From positions 3,264,001-3,328,000 of the forward strand of contig CAVUDP010000002.1 of NCBI GenBank assembly GCA_963740315.1: DNA of 64,000 nucleotides, in the 5' to 3' direction. This stretch comes from an uncultured cyanobacterium (GTDB lineage Bacteria; Cyanobacteriota; Cyanobacteriia; Cyanobacteriales; Nostocaceae). Every line of letters starts with the position of its first letter. The stretch's first letter is position 1. The position numbers and the translations under genes are program-made. The notes under the pieces are model-generated. The model saw nothing but the letters and a program-made list of their open reading frames with translations, was not told the DNA's origin and ran no database searches. This document shows positions 28,032 to 36,869 of the stretch, piece by piece.

Positions 28032-29423
28032 ATGTTAGAAGGCTCAATACTCCAAAGGCTACAATCAGCCCATCAAGATAGCAAAAGACCGATCGGATAC
28101 GGCGTTTACTATAAGAATACCTTGGTCGCTCTGTGCCATGCTTTAGAAGATCGTATATTAGAGGACGATGGTAAACCTTTAGTTATCACCGCTTTTCAGA
28201 AAGGTAAATGGTATATAGAAGAAGCCGAACGATATGCAGATATTGCCTCTTGTTCCCGGCACATTGCGATTATGGCGGCTCCCGATAGTGGATGGCTCGA
28301 ACATCCTACCAGCAAATTACCTAATGTAGACTTGGTAGCTATCGAGCCAGAAGATCCGGTTGCCGAAGAATGGCATTTAATTATTTTATCGCCTAATTAC
28401 ACGGCAATGGTAATTTGTCAAGAGTTATCAGAAGCTGATTATGGTTTATTAGGACAGCCAGCATCCGATTTAGAACGGAAATTCTACGGTTTGTGGACAT
28501 TTGAGCCAGATTTGGTCAGGGAAACTGCTTTAATTGCGATCGCTCATATCGAAAATTACAATCCGGAACTAGCTAAAAAACTGCACGAATATCAACAAGA
28601 AATTAAGCCAGCAACTGTCACATCAAATGATTTAGCAACCGTTGTTTCCAAGGTAGTAGATTATTTGCAGACTGAGCAGATAAATATTTCCGTTCCCGCA
28701 GGTAATCGCCATAAAATTTTAGATAGAAACTTAGTCTCTAATGAAATTCAGGCATTTTTACGGATGGCACAAATTCTTGATGCTACCGATATTGCTAATC
28801 CAATGGCAGGAAGAGAGGTTGTAGCATTATCAGAAACAATAGGGCAGCTTTTAGATTTGCCTGCGTGGCAGATGAAAAGATTGCGGCTTGCAAGCTATTT
28901 ACATCGCATACATCCCCTGCAAACCGCCCAAAGTGTTTTTACCCCTGGGGCAAACAGCTACCAAGAAGACGCTCCTAGTTGTCCTTTAACTTGTCCTTTA
29001 GTACCGGGAACTCAGGTTTTACGCACCATGCCAAGATTGCGAGCTGTAGCGCAAATTATTACCCATCAATCCGAATGGTGGGATGGTAGTGGAGAGCCAG
29101 CAAGCTTAGCAGGAGATGAAATTCCTTTGGAGTCAAGAATTTTGGCTTTAATAGCAGACTTTCAATCTAAAGTAAACCAGAAGTCTTCTTCCGGGTTGAG
29201 TAAAGAAGAAATACTTACTCAAGCTTTAGAAGAATGCAAACAACAAGAGTCAAGTCATTTTGACCCTAAACTAGTAGAAACTTTGAGTTTATTAGTCATG
29301 GGTTTGCATCAAGGGCTAGAATTACCCGTAATTACGCCTAAGCTGAGCGCCGGAATGTGGTTGCTTGAAAGTCAAGAAGAAATTATTAACGAGTCGAGTG
29401 GAACAAGAAGTTATCGTAAATAA
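28032..29423 (+). CDS. DICT sensory domain plus HD-GYP-like domain protein
   Basis: YYKNTLVALCHALED and EEWHLIIL (DICT); HQSEWWDGSGEP...GDEIPLESRI (HD-GYP-like). Confidence 0.85.
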   Translation: MLEGSILQRLQSAHQDSKRPIGYGVYYKNTLVALCHALEDRILEDDGKPLVITAFQKGKWYIEEAERYADIASCSRHIAIMAAPDSGWLEHPTSKLPNVDLVAIEPEDPVAEEWHLIILSPNYTAMVICQELSEADYGLLGQPASDLERKFYGLWTFEPDLVRETALIAIAHIENYNPELAKKLHEYQQEIKPATVTSNDLATVVSKVVDYLQTEQINISVPAGNRHKILDRNLVSNEIQAFLRMAQILDATDIANPMAGREVVALSETIGQLLDLPAWQMKRLRLASYLHRIHPLQTAQSVFTPGANSYQEDAPSCPLTCPLVPGTQVLRTMPRLRAVAQIITHQSEWWDGSGEPASLAGDEIPLESRILALIADFQSKVNQKSSSGLSKEEILTQALEECKQQESSHFDPKLVETLSLLVMGLHQGLELPVITPKLSAGMWLLESQEEIINESSGTRSYRK

Positions 29424-29586
29424 TTTAACATCGATCGGCGTTTTGGATGGATAATAATCTCATACATAGACGTAGAGAGTATTAAATATTTTATCTCTTT
29501 GCGTCTAGTGAATTTAATTTGAAATTTAAGTTCAAGTTTGAATTTATTAATATTTGTTGATAGTAAAAAGATATATAAATATATAT

Positions 29587-30228
29587 ATGAATATTGAAGG
29601 CATTAAATCGGGTGAATTGAAGCAGCTAGCTGGAGTTGATTTAGAAGACGAAGATTTATCTCAAAGTGATTTGAGTCGAGCAAACCTTGCTGGAGCAACT
29701 TTGGTAGGTACAAATTTTGCTAATTCAAAATTTGAAGGCGCTCATTTAGAAGGAGCGAATTTAATGGGCGCAAACCTTCAAGAAACTGACTTGCGAGCAA
29801 ACTTGATGGGAGCTAATTTAATGCAAGCAAATTTAAGCGGTGCCGATGTACGAGGCAGTAATTTACGCGGCGCTAACTTGATGGGCGCTAAACTTGACCA
29901 AGTTAGTTTTGCAGGTGCTTTTTTAAGCGGTAGTAATTTAATCAACGTTGATTTACAAGGCGTTGATTTACGTGGTGCCGATTTGCGTGGTGCGAATCTT
30001 ACGGGTGCGAACCTTAAAGGTGCAGACTTAAGCCGTGCAGATTTACAGGGCGCGTTATTAAGCGAAGCTAACTTAGAAGAAGCCGATTTACGCTCTTCTA
30101 ATCTTTCCGGAGCGAATTTTACAGCTGCAAATTTATTATGTGCGGAATTAGAAGGTGCAAATTTAAGCGGTGTAAATTTCGATAAAGCTTGTTTGGTAGG
30201 AACTGTAGCCGAAAAAGTTTCTAAGTAA
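29587..30228 (+). CDS. Pentapeptide-repeat protein
   Basis: Continuous A(N/D)Lxx repeats; ATG at 29587. Confidence 0.92.
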   Translation: MNIEGIKSGELKQLAGVDLEDEDLSQSDLSRANLAGATLVGTNFANSKFEGAHLEGANLMGANLQETDLRANLMGANLMQANLSGADVRGSNLRGANLMGAKLDQVSFAGAFLSGSNLINVDLQGVDLRGADLRGANLTGANLKGADLSRADLQGALLSEANLEEADLRSSNLSGANFTAANLLCAELEGANLSGVNFDKACLVGTVAEKVSK

Positions 30229-30246
30229 ATTAGAAATTGAATAGAG

Positions 30247-30301
30247 GTTCGTACTAAGGAGTTTATTCCTCAAATCAAGGACTAAAGTCCTGACTACGAA
30301 C
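30247..30301. repeat. REP-like palindrome of the GTTCGTAGTAAGG...CTACGAAC family
   Basis: Same termini and AGGACTAAAGTCCT inner hairpin as the copies at 61073-61367. Confidence 0.7.
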
Positions 30302-30428
30302 TTATTATAAAAAATTTTACAGGAACATTTAAGCAGCCTTAGACGTTATCAAACCAGGGTAAATAATTTTATTTGAAAACAGAAAAATTTATTAACCTTT
30401 ATTTGACTTAAAAATTTGACGCAATTTT

Positions 30429-31571
30429 ATGGTTGTATCATACTCGATTTCAGTAGCTTGCAACCGATTGGCAGCAATTTCTGCTTTAGTTGTAATTCCG
30501 TGGTTAATATCGGTAGCGCCTGCTTTTTCTAAGGATAACAGTTCATTATCCGAACGTTTAATAAGTAATAAGAATAGTAATTTTAGTTTTATAATTCAGC
30601 CAAAATTTACTTCTGTAAACGAATTTTCTGAAGGTTTGGCTTCAGTATATATTGGCTATCGTAAGGGATATATTAACGGTACTGGTAAAGTGGTTATCCC
30701 GCCAGTATTTGACGCTGCTGGAGAATTCTCCGAAGGGTTAGCATGGGTAAATATGGGTGGTAAATGGGGATATATTAATAAAAAAGGTCTGTTAGCCATT
30801 CAGCCCAAATTTGATATAGCTCGGGAATTTTCTCAGGGAGTAGCACTTGTAAAGTTAGGAGATAAATGGGGTTATATTAACAAAGCGGGTGAATTTGCGA
30901 TCGAGCCTCAATTTGATAACGCCATGTCTTTTGCAATCGATAAGCAAAGCAAAGTTGCCGATAAACTAGCGCTAGCACCAGTCAAGGTAGGTGATAAATG
31001 GGGCTATATCGATAAAAGCGGAAATTTTGTAATTAAACCCCAATTTAACGATGCTGCTTCTTTTGATGAAGATATGGCACCAGTTAAAGTTAATGGCAAA
31101 TGGGGTTACATAAACAATAAAGGAAAATTGGCGATCGCACCTCAATTTGAACGAGCGTGGAAATTTTCCGAAGGTTTGGCATTAGCAAGCAATAATAGCA
31201 AATGGGGATATATAAATAGCAAGGGTAAATTCCATATCAAGCCATCTTTTTTAGAAGCCAGTAATTTTTCCAACGGACTTGCATCAGTGTGGATAGATGG
31301 TAAATATGGTTATATAAACAATAAAGGTAAACTGGTTATCAAACCACAATTTGAAGACGTTGGTACATTTTCTCAAGGTTTTGCAAAGATAAATATCGGT
31401 CAAAAATGGGGCTATATTAATAAAAAAGGTCAAATAGTAATCTCGCCACAATTCGAGCGTGTAGGCGATTTATTATCATACCAAAGAAGTACGGCTGTTC
31501 CAAAAGTAGGACAGGCATGGGTAAAAGTTGGCGATAAATGGGGTTATATTAGCTTACCTTTAAATGAATAA
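30429..31571 (+). CDS. Exported WG-repeat (KWG) protein
   Basis: Signal peptide and about eight FSEGLAxV..KWGYINxxG repeats. Confidence 0.9.
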   Translation: MVVSYSISVACNRLAAISALVVIPWLISVAPAFSKDNSSLSERLISNKNSNFSFIIQPKFTSVNEFSEGLASVYIGYRKGYINGTGKVVIPPVFDAAGEFSEGLAWVNMGGKWGYINKKGLLAIQPKFDIAREFSQGVALVKLGDKWGYINKAGEFAIEPQFDNAMSFAIDKQSKVADKLALAPVKVGDKWGYIDKSGNFVIKPQFNDAASFDEDMAPVKVNGKWGYINNKGKLAIAPQFERAWKFSEGLALASNNSKWGYINSKGKFHIKPSFLEASNFSNGLASVWIDGKYGYINNKGKLVIKPQFEDVGTFSQGFAKINIGQKWGYINKKGQIVISPQFERVGDLLSYQRSTAVPKVGQAWVKVGDKWGYISLPLNE

Positions 31572-31642
31572 TTCTAAGGTAATTGGTAATTGGTAATTGG
31601 TAATTGGTATACGCCCCCATGCTCCGCATGAATGGTAATTGT

Positions 31643-32479
31643 TCATTGTTCATTGTTAACTGTTAACTGTTTTTGGCGCATCCACAAAGCTAACAATATT
31701 AAACTCAATAAACCCATTACCCCAGCTAAGGGATTATTATTTACGCCAGTAACCCATTGGGGAACTGTGCCAGAATATTTGATTAATTTTCCTACTTCAA
31801 GAATGTAATTACCCCAAACTAAACCCCCATGAATTCCTATGGGTAAGCCCAAGCGCCCCCGACAACTGCGTTTAGCCCAGACGCACGTTAAACCTAAAAG
31901 TACTAATCCCAAAAATTGCGGCGAATTTTTAATAATTTCTGGCAGTGGTTTAATAAAATGCAGTACGGCAAAAATAATCGCGACTGCCCAAACTACCACT
32001 TTAGAATTGTAATCTCGCTGCAATTCATCGTATATGAACCCCCGAAAAAATAATTCTTCGGCGAAAGCCACACCCAAACCACAAATTAACCCTTCCAAAA
32101 CTAATTGCAGCATCGAAAAACTGGGTTGCTGCCAAACTAACCAACCCAATATTCCCTGTAAACCGAATAAAGTTAAAATACTAATTAGTCCAATCGCCAT
32201 ACCACGCAGCAACTCGACTCCATTTTTACGCGAAAACTCTAAACCATAATGACGGAATGCTTGGGGTTGCTGATGGATGTATTTACTCCACCAAGGCAGC
32301 AAAATTAAAAACTCAACTGCTAAAATACCCATCGTTAAAATAGTCCGGGTATTTTCATCCTTAACTGTAATATAAACCGCCGCGACAAAAGGCAACCACG
32401 GCAGCAGCAAACATAAAATAAAGCAGCCCAACCTTATAGGGGCAGGGCGCTGAGCTAAAGTAAATAATTTGATTTTCAT
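31643..32479 (-). CDS. CPBP-family (Abi/CAAX) intramembrane metalloprotease
   Basis: EELFFRG, FAVLH and GIHGG motifs. Confidence 0.9.
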   Translation of the reverse strand: MKIKLFTLAQRPAPIRLGCFILCLLLPWLPFVAAVYITVKDENTRTILTMGILAVEFLILLPWWSKYIHQQPQAFRHYGLEFSRKNGVELLRGMAIGLISILTLFGLQGILGWLVWQQPSFSMLQLVLEGLICGLGVAFAEELFFRGFIYDELQRDYNSKVVVWAVAIIFAVLHFIKPLPEIIKNSPQFLGLVLLGLTCVWAKRSCRGRLGLPIGIHGGLVWGNYILEVGKLIKYSGTVPQWVTGVNNNPLAGVMGLLSLILLALWMRQKQLTVNNEQ

Positions 32480-32595
32480 ACCAAGTTACTTGTATCGGTT
32501 TGGACACCAACAAATATACTAATATTATTTGTTTCCTTACCATGCTTTTAAGACGGACGGTAACTCAGTATAAACAGTTTCTTTTTTGTTTATGG

Positions 32596-32877
32596 TTACT
32601 CTTCCGGTTCTATTGTGCTGCTTAACCCATGATTTTTTAGAGTCTCGCTATAAAACTCGGCGTGTTCTTGAGCGCAAGTAATAACTAAAGCCAATCCATT
32701 AGTATGGGCTTCCATCATGATGCTTACAGCCTGGGGTTGGCTGAGGCTCGGTACTGTGGTGATTAGTGTCTGCACCACATACTCCATAGCGTTGTTGTCA
32801 TCATTATGGAGCAAAACACGATACCGAGGCGCGTGTTTACGGATTGTTGAAGGCTTCTGTATGGTTTCGACTGACAC
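32596..32877 (-). CDS. clpS: ATP-dependent Clp protease adaptor ClpS
   Basis: YRVLLHNDDNN...IMMEAHTNG...EHAEFY. Confidence 0.95.
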   Translation of the reverse strand: MSVETIQKPSTIRKHAPRYRVLLHNDDNNAMEYVVQTLITTVPSLSQPQAVSIMMEAHTNGLALVITCAQEHAEFYSETLKNHGLSSTIEPEE

Positions 32878-32985
32878 GGTTATTATGCTCTTTTTTCGTT
32901 TGTTTACTACAACAGACCTGTTTTCTCAACTTTACTTAACAGTTATTTAAATATTGTATAGCATCTAATTGCCATACTGTGATAT

Positions 32986-33110
32986 CTGCTCTGTAAAACA
33001 TGGACAACTTTGGACACTTACAGTTTTACTTCCTGTTTCTACCGGAGCATGGGAGCGGTTATCCGTCCACAGGCTTAAAAGGTCAAGCCGACCTCTATTT
33101 TTTCGTTTTA
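32986..33110 (-). ncRNA. Predicted TnpB omega/reRNA scaffold at the right end
   Basis: Position 3' of tnpB and GCCTGTGGA...GAAACAGGAAG, typical of tnpB right ends. The 5' boundary is uncertain. Confidence 0.6.
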
Positions 33111-34202
33111 GTTATACGCTAATTTTTCCAAATTTAGCGACGCATTATAATCTCTATCTATTTCTAATCCGCAATTATAACACTTGAAAACTCTATCAAA
33201 TAGAGTTAAGTTTTGGTGAGGGTGTCCGCAAGTTGAACAGAGCTTTGAAGAAGGATACCATCTGTCTGCAATTATTAGTTTACATCCAAATTTATCTGCT
33301 TTATATTCTAATTGCCGCTTAAATTCATAAAAACCACAATCAGAAATTGCTCTAGACAATTTATTGTTAGCTAGCATTCCAGAGACGTTGAGGTTTTCAA
33401 TTACAATTGTCGCGTTGTTTTTACATATGTAACTAGTAATTTTATGAAGCAAGTCTTTCCTAAGAGATGCTATCCGACGGTAAACTTTTTGAAGCTTTAT
33501 TTTTGCTTTATTTCTGTTACTAGAACCATATTGTTTACGTGCTAGTTCTCGTTGAAGTTTTGCTATTTGTTTTAAGTTTTTAGCTAAATACTTTGCATTA
33601 TGAAAGATGTCTTTAGATGATAAAGTAGCTAAGGTTTTGACTCCTAAATCTACACCAACAGCAGGTCTTCTATTATCTACTAATTTTGGTTTTTTTTGAT
33701 AATAAGCAAAAGAAATATACCAGTCGTTGGCTATTCTAGAAATAACAATTTTATTTGTAGTACTATGAGGCAAGCTTTCGTATAATTTTACCCAACCAAT
33801 TGTAGGTAACTTTATTGATTTACCTCCAAATGGAATCGGTTTTCCTCCGCTATTTATTGTAAAAGAGTCGTTTTTACCTTTCTTTTTGAATTGAGGATAA
33901 TCTGCTTGTTTTTTGAAAAAACGTTGGAAAGCATTATTTAAATTCTCGAAAGCAAATTCTGTTATCTTCTGACAGATACCTTTTTCTTTAATCCATTTAA
34001 ACTCTGTCTTCACATATTTGTTAAAAAAAGTGCGAAGTGTCCTACAAGAAAATTTGTAACCAGATTTGTAAAAGTCTCGCCAAACAGCTAATCCCCAGTT
34101 AAAAGTAAATCTAGCTATGCCAGCGTGCTTTGCCATTAAAACTTTTTGAGCATCTGTTAGATTTAATTTAGTTTTAATCCCAAGCAACATATATTCTGAC
34201 AT
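33108..34202 (-). CDS. tnpB: RNA-guided endonuclease TnpB
   Basis: RuvC D (VGVDLG), E (IVIENL) and D (DRDYNA) are all intact; zinc finger CSTCG...CYNCG. The start could be 34208, 34202 or 34190. Confidence 0.93.
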   Translation of the reverse strand: MSEYMLLGIKTKLNLTDAQKVLMAKHAGIARFTFNWGLAVWRDFYKSGYKFSCRTLRTFFNKYVKTEFKWIKEKGICQKITEFAFENLNNAFQRFFKKQADYPQFKKKGKNDSFTINSGGKPIPFGGKSIKLPTIGWVKLYESLPHSTTNKIVISRIANDWYISFAYYQKKPKLVDNRRPAVGVDLGVKTLATLSSKDIFHNAKYLAKNLKQIAKLQRELARKQYGSSNRNKAKIKLQKVYRRIASLRKDLLHKITSYICKNNATIVIENLNVSGMLANNKLSRAISDCGFYEFKRQLEYKADKFGCKLIIADRWYPSSKLCSTCGHPHQNLTLFDRVFKCYNCGLEIDRDYNASLNLEKLAYN

Positions 34203-34211
34203 CGACAAGAA

Positions 34212-34865
34212 CTAACATTGAATTTTTTTACTATTACATTCTAAATCATTATGTCCAGAGTTGTCAATAGTTTCTTCTAATTCTTTTTTTAAAGTTTTAG
34301 AATAACTTCTAAGTCCGTATAAGCGACAAGAAAAACAATGAACTATCGCTAGTAAATCGTCGTATAATTCGGCTTGAGGTGACAAATGGGTTTGATTGGC
34401 TACTATGATTCGACAATCTGAATATTCAGCCAATTGTTCAACAAAATCAAAAGCGAATCGGCATAGTCTGTCTTTATGAGCAACTACAATAACGGATATC
34501 TCTCCTTTCAACATTGAGATAATCATCTCAATAAATTTCTTTCTTTTAAAATTAAGCCCGCCACCAATCTCAGAAATCGTTTCAGTTATAGAATAACCAC
34601 AATTGTTAGCGAATTTTTGCATAGCTCTGACCTGATTTTTTAGTTCAGGTCTTTGATTGCTCGAAGATATTCTACAATAAACAACAATTTTTCGAGCCTT
34701 CGGTTGAGGTTTTTCTCCTAAAGCAACTTTTAAGTCGTCATCCGTATAGTATCTGTAGTTAGAAGGTGTCCGTTTAGCTGGGAGTTTACCACTAGAATCC
34801 CATCTCTGTAGGGTTTTGACGGACACACCTACTATTTTTGCAAACTCGTGAGGCTTGTAATTCAT
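34212..34865 (-). CDS. tnpA: IS607-family transposase (MerR-like HTH plus serine recombinase)
   Basis: VSVKTLQRWD HTH, YCRISS catalytic Ser, VAHKDRLCRF and FSCRLYGLR. Confidence 0.95.
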   Translation of the reverse strand: MNYKPHEFAKIVGVSVKTLQRWDSSGKLPAKRTPSNYRYYTDDDLKVALGEKPQPKARKIVVYCRISSSNQRPELKNQVRAMQKFANNCGYSITETISEIGGGLNFKRKKFIEMIISMLKGEISVIVVAHKDRLCRFAFDFVEQLAEYSDCRIIVANQTHLSPQAELYDDLLAIVHCFSCRLYGLRSYSKTLKKELEETIDNSGHNDLECNSKKIQC

Positions 34866-35087
34866 AAAACAATACTTATGTCTTAGTTGACTACTATTGT
34901 ATATGGTTGTCTATAAAACCTACAACTAAGTCAAACTCAATTTTCTGCGATCGATTAATTATTGCATTGGTGGATAACCATTACTAGAGTATTAGCTTAC
35001 TTTTTGAGTTTAGTTTTAACTCTACAAGTAACTACTTCCTCCCAATAAGCTCCAGTTAGCTTTTAGATTAAAATAAATATTACGTAA

Positions 35088-35447
35088 TTGTCGCCTTATT
35101 TCCGCGTAAGTATGGACGAAGCAAACTTTCAAGCCGGACAAATAGTCTTTCTAGAATATGGCGAGTGCAGGCTATATGCAGAAGTGATTCAAGTAGTGCG
35201 ATCGCGTCAATTATGCTGGGTGCGTCCTTTATTACTCGTGGCATCCGATCCACCCCAAGTAACTGATATGCGTTCTACTTCTGATTTACTCTGGTCAATA
35301 AATTTGTTTCAACCAGCTTTGGATACGCAAGTAATCGGGCTATACCAAATGATTTTAGCAAAAGAACCCAAGCCTGAATTATTTCAGAAAGCTAAACAAC
35401 AACTTCACCTGTTTATTGTGCAACTTTGGGAAGACACTCAAAATTAG
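35088..35447 (+). CDS. Conserved cyanobacterial hypothetical protein
   Basis: LYAEVIQV...RQLCWVRPLLL...DLLW pattern. The start may be the ATG at 35112. Confidence 0.7.
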   Translation: MSPYFRVSMDEANFQAGQIVFLEYGECRLYAEVIQVVRSRQLCWVRPLLLVASDPPQVTDMRSTSDLLWSINLFQPALDTQVIGLYQMILAKEPKPELFQKAKQQLHLFIVQLWEDTQN

Positions 35448-35708
35448 CTGCTCCCTATTCCCTACCTAAACTCACGCTCAGATTTCTTATAAACAAAGGA
35501 TTGAGTGCGATATTCATGCGAAGCGCATCACACCCACCGCGATATCAAAAAATAAAATTATTATTATCTCAGAAAAAAAAGTTAGCGATGGCAAACTATA
35601 AAGATACCTGCGCCGTTAATACTACTCAACTTTATTAAAATGAATTAGTCTTTCAATTGAAAAATTTAATATTTTTAGAGGCAAGTTCTAATAAATTAAC
35701 TAAAACCG

Positions 35709-35903
35709 TTAAAGACTAGGAACCAGCTTGATTCTGCCAGCATCCATTTCAGCCATTAAAAGTTCTAATGCTTCATAATCAACGTCAGAAATATAACCCA
35801 ACTGAGTTAGCTCGGAATTAATTTCATTTTCTATTTCAGGAGTTAATTTCTTGATAACCAAAGCCCTTTCAACCAATTGACGAATCGCGTACTTAGTTCT
35901 CAT
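35709..35903 (-). CDS. Small conserved hypothetical protein
   Basis: IRQLVERAL...LTPEIENEI...DYEALELLM, a recurrent small cyanobacterial protein type. ATG at 35903. Confidence 0.75.
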   Translation of the reverse strand: MRTKYAIRQLVERALVIKKLTPEIENEINSELTQLGYISDVDYEALELLMAEMDAGRIKLVPSL

Positions 35904-35961
35904 AGCAAGCAACCATTATGTATTTAATACCAATTATCTCAGATGTGTTTAAGTATAAAAC

Positions 35962-35999
35962 GTGATCCAAACACTACTTAACAAGTGATTTGGATCACA
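35962..35999. promoter_or_regulatory. CRP-family (SyCRP1/AnCrp-type) binding site within a 10-bp inverted repeat
   Basis: AGTGA-TTTGGA-TCACA (35984-35999) compared with TGTGA-N6-TCACA; GTGATCCAAA...TTTGGATCAC inverted repeat. Confidence 0.55.
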
Positions 36000-36374
36000 G
36001 ATATAGCAAATAAGTGGCTTTTTATCTTCAGAAGATACAAGCCAATGATTAAGGAAAAAATAAAGATACTTTATGTTTAATTAGCGTAAGCCCAAAACTT
36101 AATAAGAATGCTTAATAGCTAAGAATTTATAGATAGCTTTTTCCATAACCCAGCACGTAGTCATACTGGTTATATAGATTATTTTTGAACTTTAATTATA
36201 AAAAAGTATATTTAGTTACAGTTTCATGGGTTATTGTAACAATCTTTAAACAGAACTACTCCTGTAGTAAAGATTCGGCAAAGAGAGCTAATACGAATGG
36301 TCGATGCGATAAAAAAAAGATTATGGTCGAATACATCTATCTCTCAAGAAATAATATTTGAATAGGATGTAACT

Positions 36375-36707
36375 ATGCAAGCAATACTTGATAATCCTAA
36401 AATTACTATTATTCGTCCTTTAGGATCTTTAAATGCTGTAAATGCTGTGAAACTTGAACAAGAATTAAGTGCCGCGCTCAATAGAGAAAACAATACAATT
36501 GTATTAGTAGACTTAGAACAAGTTGATTCAATTCATAGTGCGGGTTTGATGGCATTAGTCGCTGGAGTCAAAGAAGCTCTTCAATTACAACAACGCCTTT
36601 GTCTGTGTTCGGTTTCTCCCGCTCACAGAATTATTTTTGAACTTACCCAATTAGATAAAGTATTTGAAATATTTGAAAACAAAAGATTTTTAAAAGCTCG
36701 TATCTGA
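36375..36707 (+). CDS. STAS-domain anti-sigma-factor antagonist
   Basis: VLVDLEQVDSIHSAGLMALV and IIFELTQLDKVFEIF. Confidence 0.9.
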   Translation: MQAILDNPKITIIRPLGSLNAVNAVKLEQELSAALNRENNTIVLVDLEQVDSIHSAGLMALVAGVKEALQLQQRLCLCSVSPAHRIIFELTQLDKVFEIFENKRFLKARI

Positions 36708-36869
36708 GTAGTTTATTTTGAGCAACTCGTTCCTGTTTTGGCTGGGCGTGAAGACGAGTAAGGAGCGTTTTAAAAATTTAAATAACAAACGCGAAGACAG
36801 TATTACGAATCAATGCTAATGTTGGGAGTGAGTAGCTGTAATTACTAGAAGTAGCTAGAAAATAGCATA

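Larger units (their letters stand above)
32986..34948 (-). mobile_element. IS607-family insertion sequence (tnpA plus tnpB), apparently complete
   Basis: Serine-recombinase tnpA followed by tnpB, with no terminal inverted repeats. Both junctions carry GCAG on the minus strand (CTGC at 32986-32989 and 34945-34948). Short subterminal direct repeats (TGGACA at 33001 and 33011). Confidence 0.85.

Noticed and set aside
34866..34948. IStron (group I intron fused to IS607)
   Set aside because: The left end is only about 80 nt, leaving no room for a ribozyme core, and the insertion is intergenic.
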